Source: Methanothermococcus sp. Ax23 (GTDB taxonomy: Archaea > AGJL01 > Methanococci > Methanococcales > Methanococcaceae). From it: a DNA stretch of 64,000 nucleotides. Below the pieces are notes generated by a model. It worked only from the letters and a program-made list of their open reading frames with translations, had not been told where the DNA came from and made no database searches. Location of the stretch: contig NZ_CP157522.1 of NCBI RefSeq assembly GCF_049075655.1, positions 544,001 to 608,000 of the forward strand. The letters are read 5' to 3'. The number at the start of each line of letters is the position of its first letter. The stretch's first letter is position 1. Shown here piece after piece: positions 63,869 to 64,000 of the stretch. A program made the translations under genes and the position numbers.

Positions 63869-64000
63869 TTGATTTTAAGCATAGACATTGGTTCAACCAC
63901 AACAAAAATGGTGTTAATGGACGATAAAAATAACATAGAAAATTATATGGTAAAAAATATAGGCGTGGTTATTGAAGAGGGAGATATTCTAAATATAGTT
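63869..64000 (+). CDS. BadF/BcrA-type ASKHA ATPase (acyl-CoA dehydratase activase-like); 3'-partial
   Basis: TTG start after GGTGA; MILSIDIGSTTTKMVL. Confidence 0.75.
   Translation, partial: MILSIDIGSTTTKMVLMDDKNNIENYMVKNIGVVIEEGDILNIV

Overview
AT-rich archaeal chromosomal window from a Methanococcales methanogen (Methanothermococcus-like: mtd, cfbA, comB, aksA, cofF, methanogenesis markers 3 and 16, GGTGA ribosome-binding sites). It holds about 65 CDS: housekeeping genes (glyS, pheT, cysS, gatD, asd, rps19e, rpl39e), a split glutamate synthase cluster with an F420-binding subunit, and a ~14 kb redox/nitrosative-stress region (Ptr2-like regulator, hemerythrin, rubrerythrin, FprA, HCP plus TusA/DsrEFH-like sulfur relay). 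Mobile DNA includes an IS5-family element, a solo IS607-type tnpB, and two protein-less IS200/IS605 mini-elements that retain promoter plus omegaRNA. The top finding is a standalone TnpB omegaRNA-like locus at ~32.96-33.25 kb whose 5' leader is built from two segments antisense to the codons of conserved TnpB RuvC motifs (VEVDESWT and IFHADVNGAF). Other notable signals are ~90 copies of GAGCTC, a modular palindromic repeat family (one copy inserted in frame in arsC), an Hmd paralog with a tandemly duplicated C-terminal domain, a possible switch in the pheT leader, and a dUTPase that appears to start at ATC. All calls were made by eye; no searches were run.
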